DNA of 63,858 bases, the filler included, from Octopus bimaculoides (taxonomy: Eukaryota), in assembly GCF_001194135.2 (NCBI RefSeq). It is 4 parts of 3 records of this genome, joined end to end, with 100 filler letters (N's around TTAATTAATTAA, not from the genome) between each part and the next. Parts side by side here need not be neighbours in the genome. Positions count along the whole stretch, not along the records: positions 61,199 to 63,858 come from NC_068981.1; 3 more parts are not named here. One strand, 5' to 3'. Positions 63,828 through 63,858 of this stretch are shown piece after piece (the stretch's first letter is position 1; the number at the start of each line of letters is the position of its first letter). The notes beneath the pieces are model-generated. The model had not been told where the DNA came from. It ran no database searches and saw only the letters and a list, made by a program, of their open reading frames with translations. A program made the translations under genes and the position numbers.

Positions 63828-63858
<31 letters not shown>

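Overview
AT-rich, repeat-dense, gapped eukaryotic scaffold. The SINE families and microsatellite load suggest an octopus or other cephalopod (inference, not a database result). The left ~27 kb is CpG-poor and reads as a gene body. Two plus-strand exons (4194-4229 and 22482-22560) splice in frame across an 18,252-bp intron to give (C)WIVENWKWRVGIWYGPLFAIIALLFVTYIYIVITLSRK, an ECL2-TM5 segment resembling cAMP-receptor-like GPCRs. The rest is SINEs, LINE relics (RTE, CR1/Jockey-like), mariner and Gypsy relics, MITEs and microsatellites. The most striking signal is at 56.4-63.7 kb. Three unrelated head-to-head fold-back elements sit around a Penelope-like (PLE) RT fragment and a probable GIY-YIG remnant. 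Two of them (61252-61923 and 62306-63642) carry a complete minimal type I hammerhead ribozyme (HHR) in each arm, one per strand. A fourth hairpin element at 47.2-47.4 kb has hammerhead topology with a possible G3-C8 core swap. All folds, alignments and mismatch counts were done by eye, and most repeat boundaries are approximate. Almost all ORFs in the supplied track are microsatellite, gap or TE artefacts.
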